NCBI GenBank assembly: GCA_039586365.1
Contig: JBDHKN010000028.1
Coordinates: forward strand, 1-64,000
Source: Gemmatimonadota bacterium
GTDB taxonomy: Bacteria; Gemmatimonadota; Gemmatimonadetes; Gemmatimonadales; GWC2-71-9
Direction of reading: 5' to 3'
DNA: 64,000 nucleotides
Shown here one piece after another: positions 37,032 to 46,817 of this stretch. The notes below the pieces were generated by a model. That model worked only from the letters and a program-made list of their open reading frames with translations. It was not told the DNA's origin and made no database searches. A program made the translations under genes and the position numbers. How positions within the stretch are numbered: position 1 is the stretch's first letter; each line of letters starts with the position of its first letter.

Positions 37032-38876
37032 ATGTCAGATGAAAATGGGAGGAAAACGAGCGCCAGGGTGGTGGCGGTGCAGCAGGGGCTCGTAACGATA
37101 GAGTTGGACGATGCCGGGGATGGCTCGGGTACGCTCATGAAGAACGAGGTTGTACTCATCTGTCCGCGAGGCAGCGCTGAGAAGCTCAAAGCCGAGGTAC
37201 TGCGAGTGAGGGGGCGCACGGCCGAGGCGCAAGTATACGAAGAGACTCGCGGTGTCGCTGTCGGTGATCGAGTCCAACAGACGGGACTCATGCTCTCGGT
37301 GAGACTGGGGCCTGGTCTCTTGGGTCAGGTGTACGACGGACTGCAAAACCCGTTGGAGATGATAGCGGGCGAGCACGGCTTCTTTCTTCCCCGGGGAGTC
37401 GAGATGCCGCCCTTGAGTCCCGAGTCCAGGTGGCCGTTCACGCCGGTTGCTGAAGTCGGGATGCGGCTGCGTGCCGGTGACGTCTTGGGTACGGTGCCGG
37501 AAGGACGCTACGTTCACAAGATCATGGTACCCTTCGCTGAGCCCGGAACACTCGAGCTGACAGCGATTCAGAAAGGCAACTTCACGGTTGACATGCCGGT
37601 AGCGAGGGTGCGTGACGAGACCGGAAGAGAACGGCCTTTGAGCTTGGCGCAGGAGTGGCCCGTCAGGCGAGCGGTACCGGACACGCTGCTGCGACACAAG
37701 TACTCAGAGCGGCTCTACCCCTCGGAGCCGATGGTTACGACACAGCGGTTGATCGATACGTTCTTCCCCATCGCCCGCGGCGGTACGGCATGCATCCCAG
37801 GTCCGTTCGGGTCGGGGAAGACCGTGTTGCAGCACTTGATATCGCGCCATTCGTCGGTCGATATCGTGATCGTCGTGGCGTGTGGTGAGCGGGCTGGAGA
37901 GGTCGTGGAGACCATCACCGAGTTCCCGGAACTCACCGATCCCAAGACCGGCGGTCCACTAATGGATCGAACAATCATCATCTGCAACACATCCTCCATG
38001 CCTGTAGCTGCCCGCGAGGCATCGATCTACACGGGAATCGCGCTGGGTGAGTACTACCGTCAGATGGGCTATGACACGCTCCTGCTCGCGGACTCTACCT
38101 CTCGCTGGGCCCAGGCAATGAGAGAGACGTCGGGTCGGATGGAGGAGATCCCGGGAGAGGAAGCGTTCCCGGCGTACCTGGATTCCGCGATTCGCGGCGT
38201 GTACGAGCGTGCCGGATTGATTCGGGCCAACGACGGCGCCATTGGCAGCCTCACCATGATCGGCACGGTATCTCCCGCCGGAGGGAACTTCGAAGAACCC
38301 GTGACCCAGTCCACGCTCAGCACGGTCAAGGCATTCCTGGGGCTCAGCGCCGACCGTGCCTACAAGCGTTTTTATCCCGCAGTCGATCCGTTGCTCTCTT
38401 GGTCGCGCTACCTGGACCAGATCTCTGAATGGTTCGACAAGGAGCTGTCGTTCGGCTGGACCGACAGGGTGAAGGAATTGATGGAACTCCTCAAGCGCGG
38501 TGATGGTATCCAGCAGATGATGCAAGTGACGGGTGAGGAAGGTATCACGGTAGAGGACTACATCACCTACCAAAAGGCCGTGCTCGTGGATATGGTCTAT
38601 CTGCAACAGGACGCGTTCGATGAGGTCGACGCGAGCGCGTCGCTCGAGCGACAGAAGAACTCGTTCGAGCTACTCTACGACTTGGTCACCCGCAAGTACC
38701 GTTTCGAGGAGAAAGACGAGGTCCGCGACTACTTCACGCGGCAAACCGGATTGTTCAAGAACCTCAACTACGCGCGCGACGATTCGCCCGAACACGGTGA
38801 TTTGAGCCGGCAGATCATGGAACTGGCGGACTCGGCGACCGCACCGGTGGTGACAACCGGAGCCAAGAGGCGGTAG
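37032..38876 (+). CDS. atpA: V/A-type ATP synthase subunit A
   Basis: Walker A GPFGSGKT, ACGERAGE, NTSSMPVAAREAS, DSTSRWAQA, GEEAFPAYL. Confidence 0.96.
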   Translation: MSDENGRKTSARVVAVQQGLVTIELDDAGDGSGTLMKNEVVLICPRGSAEKLKAEVLRVRGRTAEAQVYEETRGVAVGDRVQQTGLMLSVRLGPGLLGQVYDGLQNPLEMIAGEHGFFLPRGVEMPPLSPESRWPFTPVAEVGMRLRAGDVLGTVPEGRYVHKIMVPFAEPGTLELTAIQKGNFTVDMPVARVRDETGRERPLSLAQEWPVRRAVPDTLLRHKYSERLYPSEPMVTTQRLIDTFFPIARGGTACIPGPFGSGKTVLQHLISRHSSVDIVIVVACGERAGEVVETITEFPELTDPKTGGPLMDRTIIICNTSSMPVAAREASIYTGIALGEYYRQMGYDTLLLADSTSRWAQAMRETSGRMEEIPGEEAFPAYLDSAIRGVYERAGLIRANDGAIGSLTMIGTVSPAGGNFEEPVTQSTLSTVKAFLGLSADRAYKRFYPAVDPLLSWSRYLDQISEWFDKELSFGWTDRVKELMELLKRGDGIQQMMQVTGEEGITVEDYITYQKAVLVDMVYLQQDAFDEVDASASLERQKNSFELLYDLVTRKYRFEEKDEVRDYFTRQTGLFKNLNYARDDSPEHGDLSRQIMELADSATAPVVTTGAKRR

Positions 38877-39004
38877 CATCGGCAGGCGGAACCGAGAGAT
38901 GGTGGTGAACGGGGCGGTAGGGGTTGCAGCGACCCACTACCGCCCTGCGCCGTTCCGCGCCGACACCCGTCCCAATGCGAATAGAGCCGCACATGGAGAG
39001 AGAG

Positions 39005-40354
39005 ATGGGTGAGCAGCAAAACCTGCGTACTCCGCTGCGGCGTGAGCCGATCCATCGAGTCACAGCCCCGCTGGAGCGCTTCATGCACGTCGAGGCGGCC
39101 AGTGGAATCGTGCTACTCGCCGCTGCCCTCGCGGCGCTGCTGTTGGCCAATTCACCCTGGGCCGTCGCTTTCCTGGGCTTCTGGGACCAGGAAGTCGGTT
39201 TTCGGATCGGCTCGTTCGAGATGGTTCACTCGCTCAAGCATTGGATCAACGACGGGCTGATGGCAGTGTTCTTCTTCGTCATCGGGCTCGAAGTGAAGCG
39301 CGAGCTGGTGATCGGAGAACTGCGGGATCCGCGCCGCGCAGCGCTGCCGGTCTTCGCCGCTGTGGGTGGAATGCTCGTACCGGCGGGAATCTACCTCGCG
39401 TTTCAGGCTGGCGAACCGGGAGCGCAGGGATGGGGCATCCCAATGGCGACCGACATCGCGTTCGTCGTCGGCTGCATGGCTGTACTGGGCTCGCGAGTGC
39501 CGCGCGGACTCCGCGTCATGCTGCTGTCACTCGCCATCGCAGACGATATCGGTGCCATCTTGGTCATCGCTATTGGCTACACCGCTGGGCTCGACTGGAC
39601 TGCCCTGGCGTTGGCCGCCGTCGGTCTGGGAACGATGGTTGTCCTGGCACGCGTGGGTGTTCGTAGCTACTCGGTCTACGCAATGGTGGGCGCCCTGGTA
39701 TGGCTGGCATTCCATGAGTCGGGAGTGCACGCTACAATTGCCGGCGTTATCCTCGGTCTGATGACGCCAACTCGGGAATACCTGAGTGCCGGGACCTTCG
39801 GTCAGGTGTTGAACTGGACCAGCGACATATTCCACGGCGGTGAGTGGCCCCGCGAGTCCCAACGCGCTCTGAAAGTAGCGCACTTCCGGCAACTCGCGCG
39901 GGACACGATATCTCCGGTGGAATACCTCGAGGGCGTGCTCCACCCTTGGGTGAGCTTCCTGATAATGCCCGTCTTTGCCTTGGCCAACGCCGGAGTCCCG
40001 CTCGCGCTATCCGATCTGGTTCAGCCCGTGGCAGTCGCTGTGGCTGCAGGACTGGTTGTCGGCAAGCCGGTCGGCATCGTGTTGTTGAGCTTGCTCGCCG
40101 TGCGACTGGGTATGGCGAGGCTACCCGACGGAGTGAGCTGGGGTGCGCTGACTGGAGCTGGCTTCCTGGCTGGAATCGGCTTCACGATGGCGTTGTTCAT
40201 CGCAGGGCTGGCGTTGGATGGCGAACTGCTCGCTACTGCCAAGGTCGGAGTAATGGGTGCATCGGTGATCGCGGCGCTGATAGGTATGGTGTTCCTGAGC
40301 TGGTTGCTGCCGCGAGGCGGCAGTACCGGAGCGACGACCGACTCGGCTAAGTAA
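39005..40354 (+). CDS. nhaA: Na+/H+ antiporter NhaA
   Basis: WINDGLMAVFF, GLEVKRE, WGIPMATDIAF, LAIADDIGAI, SGVHATIAGV, GKPVG, GIGFTM. Confidence 0.96.
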   Translation: MGEQQNLRTPLRREPIHRVTAPLERFMHVEAASGIVLLAAALAALLLANSPWAVAFLGFWDQEVGFRIGSFEMVHSLKHWINDGLMAVFFFVIGLEVKRELVIGELRDPRRAALPVFAAVGGMLVPAGIYLAFQAGEPGAQGWGIPMATDIAFVVGCMAVLGSRVPRGLRVMLLSLAIADDIGAILVIAIGYTAGLDWTALALAAVGLGTMVVLARVGVRSYSVYAMVGALVWLAFHESGVHATIAGVILGLMTPTREYLSAGTFGQVLNWTSDIFHGGEWPRESQRALKVAHFRQLARDTISPVEYLEGVLHPWVSFLIMPVFALANAGVPLALSDLVQPVAVAVAAGLVVGKPVGIVLLSLLAVRLGMARLPDGVSWGALTGAGFLAGIGFTMALFIAGLALDGELLATAKVGVMGASVIAALIGMVFLSWLLPRGGSTGATTDSAK

Positions 40355-40430
40355 ATGGTGCTTCTTGTGTCTACTACATGATCATGGATGATCCCTACAG
40401 ACGGAATGCGCTCAGCGTGGTACGCTCCAG

Positions 40431-41486
40431 GTGCGGCGGGTGACACCACGACTTAGATGGCTCGCCGCGGTTGGCGTGCTCCTGGTCCTGGCAATCGTAG
40501 CTCGTGTCGTGTTGCTGGGCAACGGCGGTTCCCGGATCCACGAGTTCTCAGGTATTACCATGGGGACCACCTACACGGTCAAGATGGTAGCCGACCCGCT
40601 CGAAGGCTACCAAATACAGGATACTGTGCAGGCTCTGCTCGATGCTGTTGACCACTTGATGTCCACCTACGACTCGACGTCACAACTTTCGCGCTTCAAT
40701 CGTCATCCTGCCACGACGCCGTTCCCGGTTTCTCGACAGATGTTGGATGTGTTCACCGTCGCACGCAGTGTCAGCGAACGCAGTGGCGGAGCCTTCGATG
40801 TCACCGTCGCACCACTGGTGAATGCGTGGGGATTTGGACCCTCTGGGAGGCCGCCTACCGCGCCCAGTGAAGCTGAACTGGCAGACTTGGCACACAGAGT
40901 AGGGTACCAGTTACTGACGATTGACTCGGCGCAGGGCACGCTCATCAAAGCGAATCCCGGGGTCGCCGTCGATCTCTCCGCGATCGCCAAAGGTTACGCC
41001 GTGGATCAGGTGACCGCTGCCTTGGAGTCATTGGGTATTGTGAGTTTCTTGGTGGAGGTTGGTGGTGAGCTCAAGGCAAGAGGACGCAAGAGTGATGGGA
41101 CGGCGTGGAGCGTCGGCATCGAACTGCCGGATAGCGACGTGCGAACGGCGTACAGGGCGGTCCCTTTGGCGGATATGGCTATCGCGACCTCGGGTGACTA
41201 CCGCAGTTTCTACGAGGCAAACGGCGTCAGATACGCTCATATCATCGATCCACGCACCCACAAGCCCGCGCGACATGCTGGTGCTTCCGTGAGCGTAATG
41301 CACTCCGAAGCTGTAGTGGCAGACGCCTGGGCCACAGCTCTGAGTGTGCTTGGACCCGAGGAGGGGTTCGCTCTCGCGGAACACGAGCGGCTCGCCGCAC
41401 TGTTTCTCATCAGGTCGGGGGATGGATTTGAAACCAGGGAGACAAGCCTGTTCCAACAGCTTGTCCGATCAAGTGCGTCCCAGTAA
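40431..41486 (+). CDS. apbE: FAD:protein FMN transferase
   Basis: TMGTTY, FDVTV.PL..AWGFG, DLSAIAKGYAVD, ATSGDYR, HIIDP, ADAWATAL. Confidence 0.94.
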   Translation: MRRVTPRLRWLAAVGVLLVLAIVARVVLLGNGGSRIHEFSGITMGTTYTVKMVADPLEGYQIQDTVQALLDAVDHLMSTYDSTSQLSRFNRHPATTPFPVSRQMLDVFTVARSVSERSGGAFDVTVAPLVNAWGFGPSGRPPTAPSEAELADLAHRVGYQLLTIDSAQGTLIKANPGVAVDLSAIAKGYAVDQVTAALESLGIVSFLVEVGGELKARGRKSDGTAWSVGIELPDSDVRTAYRAVPLADMAIATSGDYRSFYEANGVRYAHIIDPRTHKPARHAGASVSVMHSEAVVADAWATALSVLGPEEGFALAEHERLAALFLIRSGDGFETRETSLFQQLVRSSASQ

Positions 41487-41570
41487 CCGTACCGGTTTCG
41501 TGCGCAACCTGCGGTACAGCTCCCAACTAGCGGCATTCAGCTTCACTACTCTGCCGGCATTGACCCAGCG

Positions 41571-42467
41571 ATGAGGGAGCAACTGGCCCGCATCCAGCCG
41601 CAAGTCCGTGGTATTCTCCTAGCCGTTGCAGCGAGTGCCTGTTTCGCCTCGATGCACAACACGATTCGCTATTTGACGGCAGACCTGCACCCGTTTGAGG
41701 TTGCTTTCTTCCGCAACCTGTTCGGCGTCTTGGTTTTCGTACCGTGGTTCCTCACTGTGGGATTCGGCAGTCTGCGGACGAGTCGGATCGGGACTCACAT
41801 GATTCGTGCTGGGTTCAACGCCATGTCGATGCTGGCTTGGTTTACCTCACTCAGCCTGATGCCGGTTGCGGAGGCCACTTCGCTCGCTCTGTCCGGACCG
41901 GTCTTCGTGACCATAGGTGCTGTGGTCTTTCTGCGGGAGAAGGTTGGCTGGCATCGCTGGGTCGGTGTCGGGCTTGCGCTGCTTGGTGCCGCAGTCATCA
42001 TCCGGCCGGGCATTGAGACCGTGGGATTAGAGACGTGGCTGGTTCTGTTCGCCACAGCTTGTGTCTCGATATCCAAGTTGGTTGCCAAGAGCCTGGCGCG
42101 TACCGACAGCACGGCAACCATTGTGGCGTACCTGACGTTACTCATGATGGGAATCACTCTGGTGCCGGCGTTGTTCGTTTGGCAGCGGCCCATGCTGAGC
42201 GAGCTGAGCCTCCTGGCACTGGTGGGTAGTCTGGGAACCGCAGGGCATCTGCTATTCATCAAGGCATACAAGCTGGCTGATGTTAGCCTGGTCGAGCCGG
42301 TGATGTTCATGCGGGTGATTTGGGCGGCCCTGATCGGTTTCGTCGCTTTTGCGGAGTTTCCCGACATGTGGACCTGGATTGGTGCTGCGGTCATCGTTTT
42401 CGGCACTACCTTTATGGCCCGGCGTGAGGCGGTGCGCGCGCAGCATACTGCGGAGACGCTCCCCTGA
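41571..42467 (+). CDS. DMT/EamA family transporter
   Basis: Ten hydrophobic helices, FFRNLFG, LREKVG..RW, IIRPG, EFPD.WT. Confidence 0.9.
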   Translation: MREQLARIQPQVRGILLAVAASACFASMHNTIRYLTADLHPFEVAFFRNLFGVLVFVPWFLTVGFGSLRTSRIGTHMIRAGFNAMSMLAWFTSLSLMPVAEATSLALSGPVFVTIGAVVFLREKVGWHRWVGVGLALLGAAVIIRPGIETVGLETWLVLFATACVSISKLVAKSLARTDSTATIVAYLTLLMMGITLVPALFVWQRPMLSELSLLALVGSLGTAGHLLFIKAYKLADVSLVEPVMFMRVIWAALIGFVAFAEFPDMWTWIGAAVIVFGTTFMARREAVRAQHTAETLP

Positions 42468-42660
42468 GGGCGTTGCCCTTGCAGTTTCTGGCACAGCGCT
42501 AAATTGTAGGCACTGACAAGAGAAGCTCCTGCTGCCAGTGGCCTGTCGGCCCCGCTGCCGCCCTGACTCGCCGCAGGACGGTTTGCGATCGCGAGAATGC
42601 CAGACCATCCCGGCAGTGTTGTGTTGCGGCGTCCACCACGCACAGTGAATCGACAACAAC

Positions 42661-43734
42661 ATGGAATCAGCCCAGTCTTTGAGACGGATCCTAGGGCAGT
42701 TCCCCCGAGTATCGCTAGCTGACCTACCCACGCGGCTCGACAAACTTGAGAACCTATCCAGACGGCTCGAGGTCTTTGGTGTCTTCGTGAAACGGGACGA
42801 TCAGACGGGGCTGGCGTTCGGTGGTAACAAGGCGCGCAAACTGGATTTCCTGATGGCGAACGTGATGAACCGGGGAGCCGACTGCATCATCACGTGGGCT
42901 GGGGTGCAGTCAAACTGGTGCCGTCAGGTGGCTGCTGCAGCAGCGAAACTCGATATCAGGACAGTGCTTGCGCTCTTCAAGGGACCGACATCGCCGGAGG
43001 GCGACGACGGCAACCTACTACTAGACCGGATCTTCGACGCCGACATCAGAGTGTTTGACGCGACAGGTATCGACAACATGCTCGAATTCGAGAGCGTGCG
43101 ACACATCGTCGATCCCATCGCCGACGAAATGCGCCGTGCGGGGCTCAGGCCCTATGTCGCACCGATCGGCGGATCGCTGGTGGAAGCATCGATGACGGAG
43201 CCATGGGGAACGTTGGGTTATGTAGAGGCCTTCGTGGAGCTGGTCGAGCAGGCGGAGCAGATGGGTGTCGGCATCGACTCGATCGTCCTGGCAACTGGAT
43301 CTGGCGGCACTCAGGCGGGCCTGCTGGCGGGTGCTAAGCTGTTGTCGCCTGCCACCAGGATCGTCGGCATTTCCGTATACGCCGGTGAAGAAAAGGCTGC
43401 GGGATATGTGCGGTCCGTGGCCAACTCCACGCTGGAACTGCTCGGCAGTTCGGTCAGGGTGGCCGAGGACGATGTCATCGTCTTGGATGACTATCTGATG
43501 GAGGGCTATGGCGTCTTCGTTCCCGAAGTGGGTGACGCAATCGGGCTCATCGCTGAGTCTGAGGGTCTGCTGCTCGATCCGGTTTACACGGGCAAGTCGA
43601 TGACTGCAATGCTGGACTTGATTGAGAAAGGCTACTTCAGGGAAGGGGAGAACGTCGTGTTCCTTCACACTGGGGGAACGCCAGCGCTCTTCCCTTACCG
43701 CAAGCAGGTATTAGACCACTTGGCCCGATCCTAG
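42661..43734 (+). CDS. D-cysteine desulfhydrase/ACC deaminase family PLP enzyme
   Basis: VKRDD.TG..FGGNKARKL, QSNW.R, GSGGTQAGL, LDPVYTGK, FLHTGG. Confidence 0.92.
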   Translation: MESAQSLRRILGQFPRVSLADLPTRLDKLENLSRRLEVFGVFVKRDDQTGLAFGGNKARKLDFLMANVMNRGADCIITWAGVQSNWCRQVAAAAAKLDIRTVLALFKGPTSPEGDDGNLLLDRIFDADIRVFDATGIDNMLEFESVRHIVDPIADEMRRAGLRPYVAPIGGSLVEASMTEPWGTLGYVEAFVELVEQAEQMGVGIDSIVLATGSGGTQAGLLAGAKLLSPATRIVGISVYAGEEKAAGYVRSVANSTLELLGSSVRVAEDDVIVLDDYLMEGYGVFVPEVGDAIGLIAESEGLLLDPVYTGKSMTAMLDLIEKGYFREGENVVFLHTGGTPALFPYRKQVLDHLARS

Positions 43735-43744
43735 GAAGTCGAAG

Positions 43745-43861
43745 ATGGATCGCAGGGATTTCGTAGCGTATCTGGCCAGGACGACACACATCTTTGTTTC
43801 GAAAGAGCATGTAGACATGGTGCTGGAAGGGGTGGACCACCTGGCTCGACGGGCAGCGTGA
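43745..43861 (+). pseudogene. 38-codon remnant: Tat-like N-terminus joined to an aminotransferase-like C-terminus
   Basis: Reads MDRRDFVAYLAR-TTHIFVSKEHVDMVLEGVDHLARRAA*; too short for the ORF track. Confidence 0.4.
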
Positions 43862-43977
43862 CAGCACAACGGTTGAAAGCTGATAGCTGCTGCAACTTCG
43901 AACGAACACAATCCGTATGGTGGAGTGTGCGACAGCTATCAGCCGATCGCTGAGAACTGGGAGTTGAGAGCTGACAT

Positions 43978-44322
43978 ATGAAAACACTCGCCAAGTTCGT
44001 TGTTCTGTCCTTTGTCGTCTTGCTGGCGATACCCCTGCTGCAGTACAAGACAGTATCACCTTGCCGTATGCTCGAGCAGGAACTGGTCGAGCGTGCGCAA
44101 CAGGAAGCTGAGTCCGCTGTCGAGGAGGGGCAGGAAGCCGTCAGCAGATACGGCGAGCAGGCACAGCGGCTTGCGGAACAAGTTGGTGCGATCGTGGAAA
44201 ATGTTGCGGAGGACATCGCCGCCGGCGTTGCCGAGATGCGCGTTGAGCAGCTATCCACCCGCCAGTGCCTGAGGGAACTGTCGCGAATGAAGCTTGGCAA
44301 GGAACCGACGCCAGGTTGGTGA
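43978..44322 (+). CDS. Small membrane-anchored coiled-coil protein
   Basis: N-terminal TM helix, SPC...QC cysteine pair, helical acidic body. Confidence 0.65.
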   Translation: MKTLAKFVVLSFVVLLAIPLLQYKTVSPCRMLEQELVERAQQEAESAVEEGQEAVSRYGEQAQRLAEQVGAIVENVAEDIAAGVAEMRVEQLSTRQCLRELSRMKLGKEPTPGW

Positions 44323-44647
44323 CATTGGATTCTTCCGCCCCGACCTCGCGACGGGCGTATTGGGCAGTACCGGGAGGGTAGGCCGACACCGAGGAATTTC
44401 CACCAGCGGTCACTGTCTCCCACCTGGTAGATCACATGGGGCTGGTTCTAGCCCTCGACTCGAGTTGTCCGTCATTCAGCCGAGCCCCACCAGGTATTCC
44501 ACCACTTCCGAACGAGTCTGTTTGGGTCCATTATCACGCCGTGGCACGTTTGCATCCGGAATCGCGCCGCAGCGCTGACCTGGGTTGGTTGGGCCACCGA
44601 AGCAGCGAGACTGTGCCACCACCCATCGTTGACCCAAGGAGCCGACC

Positions 44648-45298
44648 ATGAATAGCGCGGTCGCTTTGGTAGAAGCATATCTGCACGCCAACGGCTATTT
44701 CACGGTTACGGAGTATCCGATCATGGAGGCGCTACCAGGCGGTGCCTATCGGGTGGCCACCGACATCGACATAATGGCAGTGCGGCTACCGCATGCCGGC
44801 CGGCTCATTCCTGGGCGCAACGTCGCAAAGGGCCGCGGGAAAGACAGGCTCGATCCTGACCCGATGCTCCAAACCACCGACGATTCGGTGGATCTGTTGA
44901 TCGGGGAGGTCAAGGAGGGTCAGGCGATCTTGAACGAGGGAGCACGGGACCCGGAAGTGCTGAGCTCCGTACTGTCTCGGTTTGGGGGCAAAGCCATGAC
45001 GCAGGTCGAGAGTCTGGTAGCGGCCCTGCTCAAGAGAGGTGAGGCACAGATGGAGGACGGGCCCCGCGTGCGGGTTGTGGCGTTCGGCTCGCACGGAGCC
45101 CCCCGTCGCTCGTATCACGTTATCACCCTCGGCCATATCCTAGATTTTTTCCGCGACGCAGTGGAGCAACACTGGGGCATCATGCAGCAGGCTCATTTCA
45201 AGCATCCCGGATTGGCCTTTCTGATGATGGAGGAGAAGGCGAAACGGCGGCAGGAAGAGTCACGGAGGAAAAGGGAAGGGAGGCAGCGGCAACGATGA
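44648..45298 (+). CDS. Hypothetical protein, probable PD-(D/E)xK nuclease fold
   Basis: AAGGAG RBS; LVEAYL..NGY, TDIDIMAVR, LIGEVKEG pattern. Confidence 0.65.
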   Translation: MNSAVALVEAYLHANGYFTVTEYPIMEALPGGAYRVATDIDIMAVRLPHAGRLIPGRNVAKGRGKDRLDPDPMLQTTDDSVDLLIGEVKEGQAILNEGARDPEVLSSVLSRFGGKAMTQVESLVAALLKRGEAQMEDGPRVRVVAFGSHGAPRRSYHVITLGHILDFFRDAVEQHWGIMQQAHFKHPGLAFLMMEEKAKRRQEESRRKREGRQRQR

Positions 45299-45381
45299 AG
45301 TGCCGCAACTGGAATAGAGCGTGAACCGCATCTCAACATCCTTCCGACGCACCGAATAAATCCGCGACTGATGTGTAGGTA

Positions 45382-45993
45382 ATGATAGAGAGACAACCGT
45401 CACAGGAGGCAGGCATAGCGCCGCGTGACCACACCGAGGTGGCGGAACGGGATCTCATGGTCCGGGCGCAGCGCGGTGACCGTCGGGCATTCGGTGAGTT
45501 GGTCACGCGACACATGCAGCGAGCGTACTATGCGGCGCTGGGACTTGTGGGCTCACACGACGACGCAGTGGATATGTCGCAGGAGGCGTTTGCCCGGGCT
45601 TATCGCAGCCATGAGTCGATCGATCCAGACGGGCCATTCTACGGCTGGATATACCAGATTCTGCGGAGACTGTGCTTCAATTTCCTGCGGGATCAGAAGT
45701 CACGGACGCGGAGACTCGAACAACGTGCCAACTGGCTTACAGAGGAAGCTAGTGCACGTGCCGCTAGTTCGGATCCGGCTCGACGAGCAGAGTTGACCGA
45801 GCTGCGCGAGCGGCTGGAGATCGCCATAGCAGCGTTGTCGGACAAGGAACGGGAGGCGTTGGTACTCAAGGATTTCGAGGGTCTGCGCTATCGCGAGATC
45901 GCGGACTTGTTGGGGATCCCGATGGGCACGGTGATGTCGCGGCTCTACGCCGCCCGACGGTCGTTGGCCTCCTTGTTGGAGGACAGGCTGTGA
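45382..45993 (+). CDS. ECF RNA polymerase sigma factor
   Basis: DAVDMSQEAF, FYGWIYQI, GLRYREIA..LGIPMGTVMSRLYAAR. Confidence 0.93.
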   Translation: MIERQPSQEAGIAPRDHTEVAERDLMVRAQRGDRRAFGELVTRHMQRAYYAALGLVGSHDDAVDMSQEAFARAYRSHESIDPDGPFYGWIYQILRRLCFNFLRDQKSRTRRLEQRANWLTEEASARAASSDPARRAELTELRERLEIAIAALSDKEREALVLKDFEGLRYREIADLLGIPMGTVMSRLYAARRSLASLLEDRL

Positions 45994-46457
45994 AGCAGGA
46001 ACACAAAGACAACGGTGTTGATCGGGCTCGCGAGCTCATGATGCTGGCGCTGGATGGAGAGGCCTCAGACGAGGAGTATGCCGAGTTCGCAGGACTCGTG
46101 AACGCCGACCCGGTGTTGCGTGCCGAGTGGGAGCGGCTGAGATGGGTGAAGGGCACGACGGCAACATTGAGGTTGCGAACGGCACCGTATGACCTCTGGG
46201 AGGAATACATGAACTCTGTTTACCGCCGCGTAGAGCGCGGGATCGGTTGGATACTGCTTTCCGTGGGGGCGATTGTCGTGCTCTCATATGGTGTATGGCG
46301 TGGTGTACAGGAGCTGGTCGGAGACGTGACCGTTCCCTGGTATGTCAAAGCGGGCGTGTTGGCATTGTTGATCGGCATAGTGGTACTCGCCGTATCAGTG
46401 ATTCGGGAGAAGTACTTCGTGTTCAGAGATGACCCTTATAGGAAAGTCAGACGATGA
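45990..46457 (+). CDS. Probable membrane anti-sigma factor
   Basis: Overlaps the sigma stop codon; LDGE-type ASD helix without a ZAS motif, two TM helices, DPY C-terminus. Confidence 0.7.
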   Translation: MKQEHKDNGVDRARELMMLALDGEASDEEYAEFAGLVNADPVLRAEWERLRWVKGTTATLRLRTAPYDLWEEYMNSVYRRVERGIGWILLSVGAIVVLSYGVWRGVQELVGDVTVPWYVKAGVLALLIGIVVLAVSVIREKYFVFRDDPYRKVRR

Positions 46458-46774
46458 TAATCACACCAGCAGCCAATGTCGCGGGCTATCGGATCGTAAA
46501 GACGCTGGGGCTCGTGCGGGGCAATACCATCCGGGCGCGCAACGTGGGCAAAGACATCATTGCGGTGATCAAGAACCTCGTGGGTGGAGAGATAGAGGAA
46601 TACACGACGATGCTGGCGCAGGCGCGCGAACAGGCACTGGACAGGATGGTGGAACAAGCGACTGCAATTGAGGCGGACGCCGTGACCGACGTGCGGTTCA
46701 CCACTTCGGTTGTAATGGGTGGCGCTGCCGAAATGCTCGCGTTCGGCAACGCAGTCAAGCTGAAGCCAGAGTGA
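46454..46774 (+). CDS. YbjQ/UPF0145 family protein
   Basis: LGLVRGNT, LVGGEI.EY, AREQAL.RM, ADAV..VRF, AFGNAV. Confidence 0.9.
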   Translation: MIITPAANVAGYRIVKTLGLVRGNTIRARNVGKDIIAVIKNLVGGEIEEYTTMLAQAREQALDRMVEQATAIEADAVTDVRFTTSVVMGGAAEMLAFGNAVKLKPE

Positions 46775-46817
46775 TGGTGCGGCTGGTTCACCGCGGCACA
46801 ACCAAGGAGCACACGCA

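Noticed and set aside
44323..44647. Possible pseudogene on the minus strand
   Set aside because: Short protein-like stretches interrupted by stops; no family can be supported by eye.
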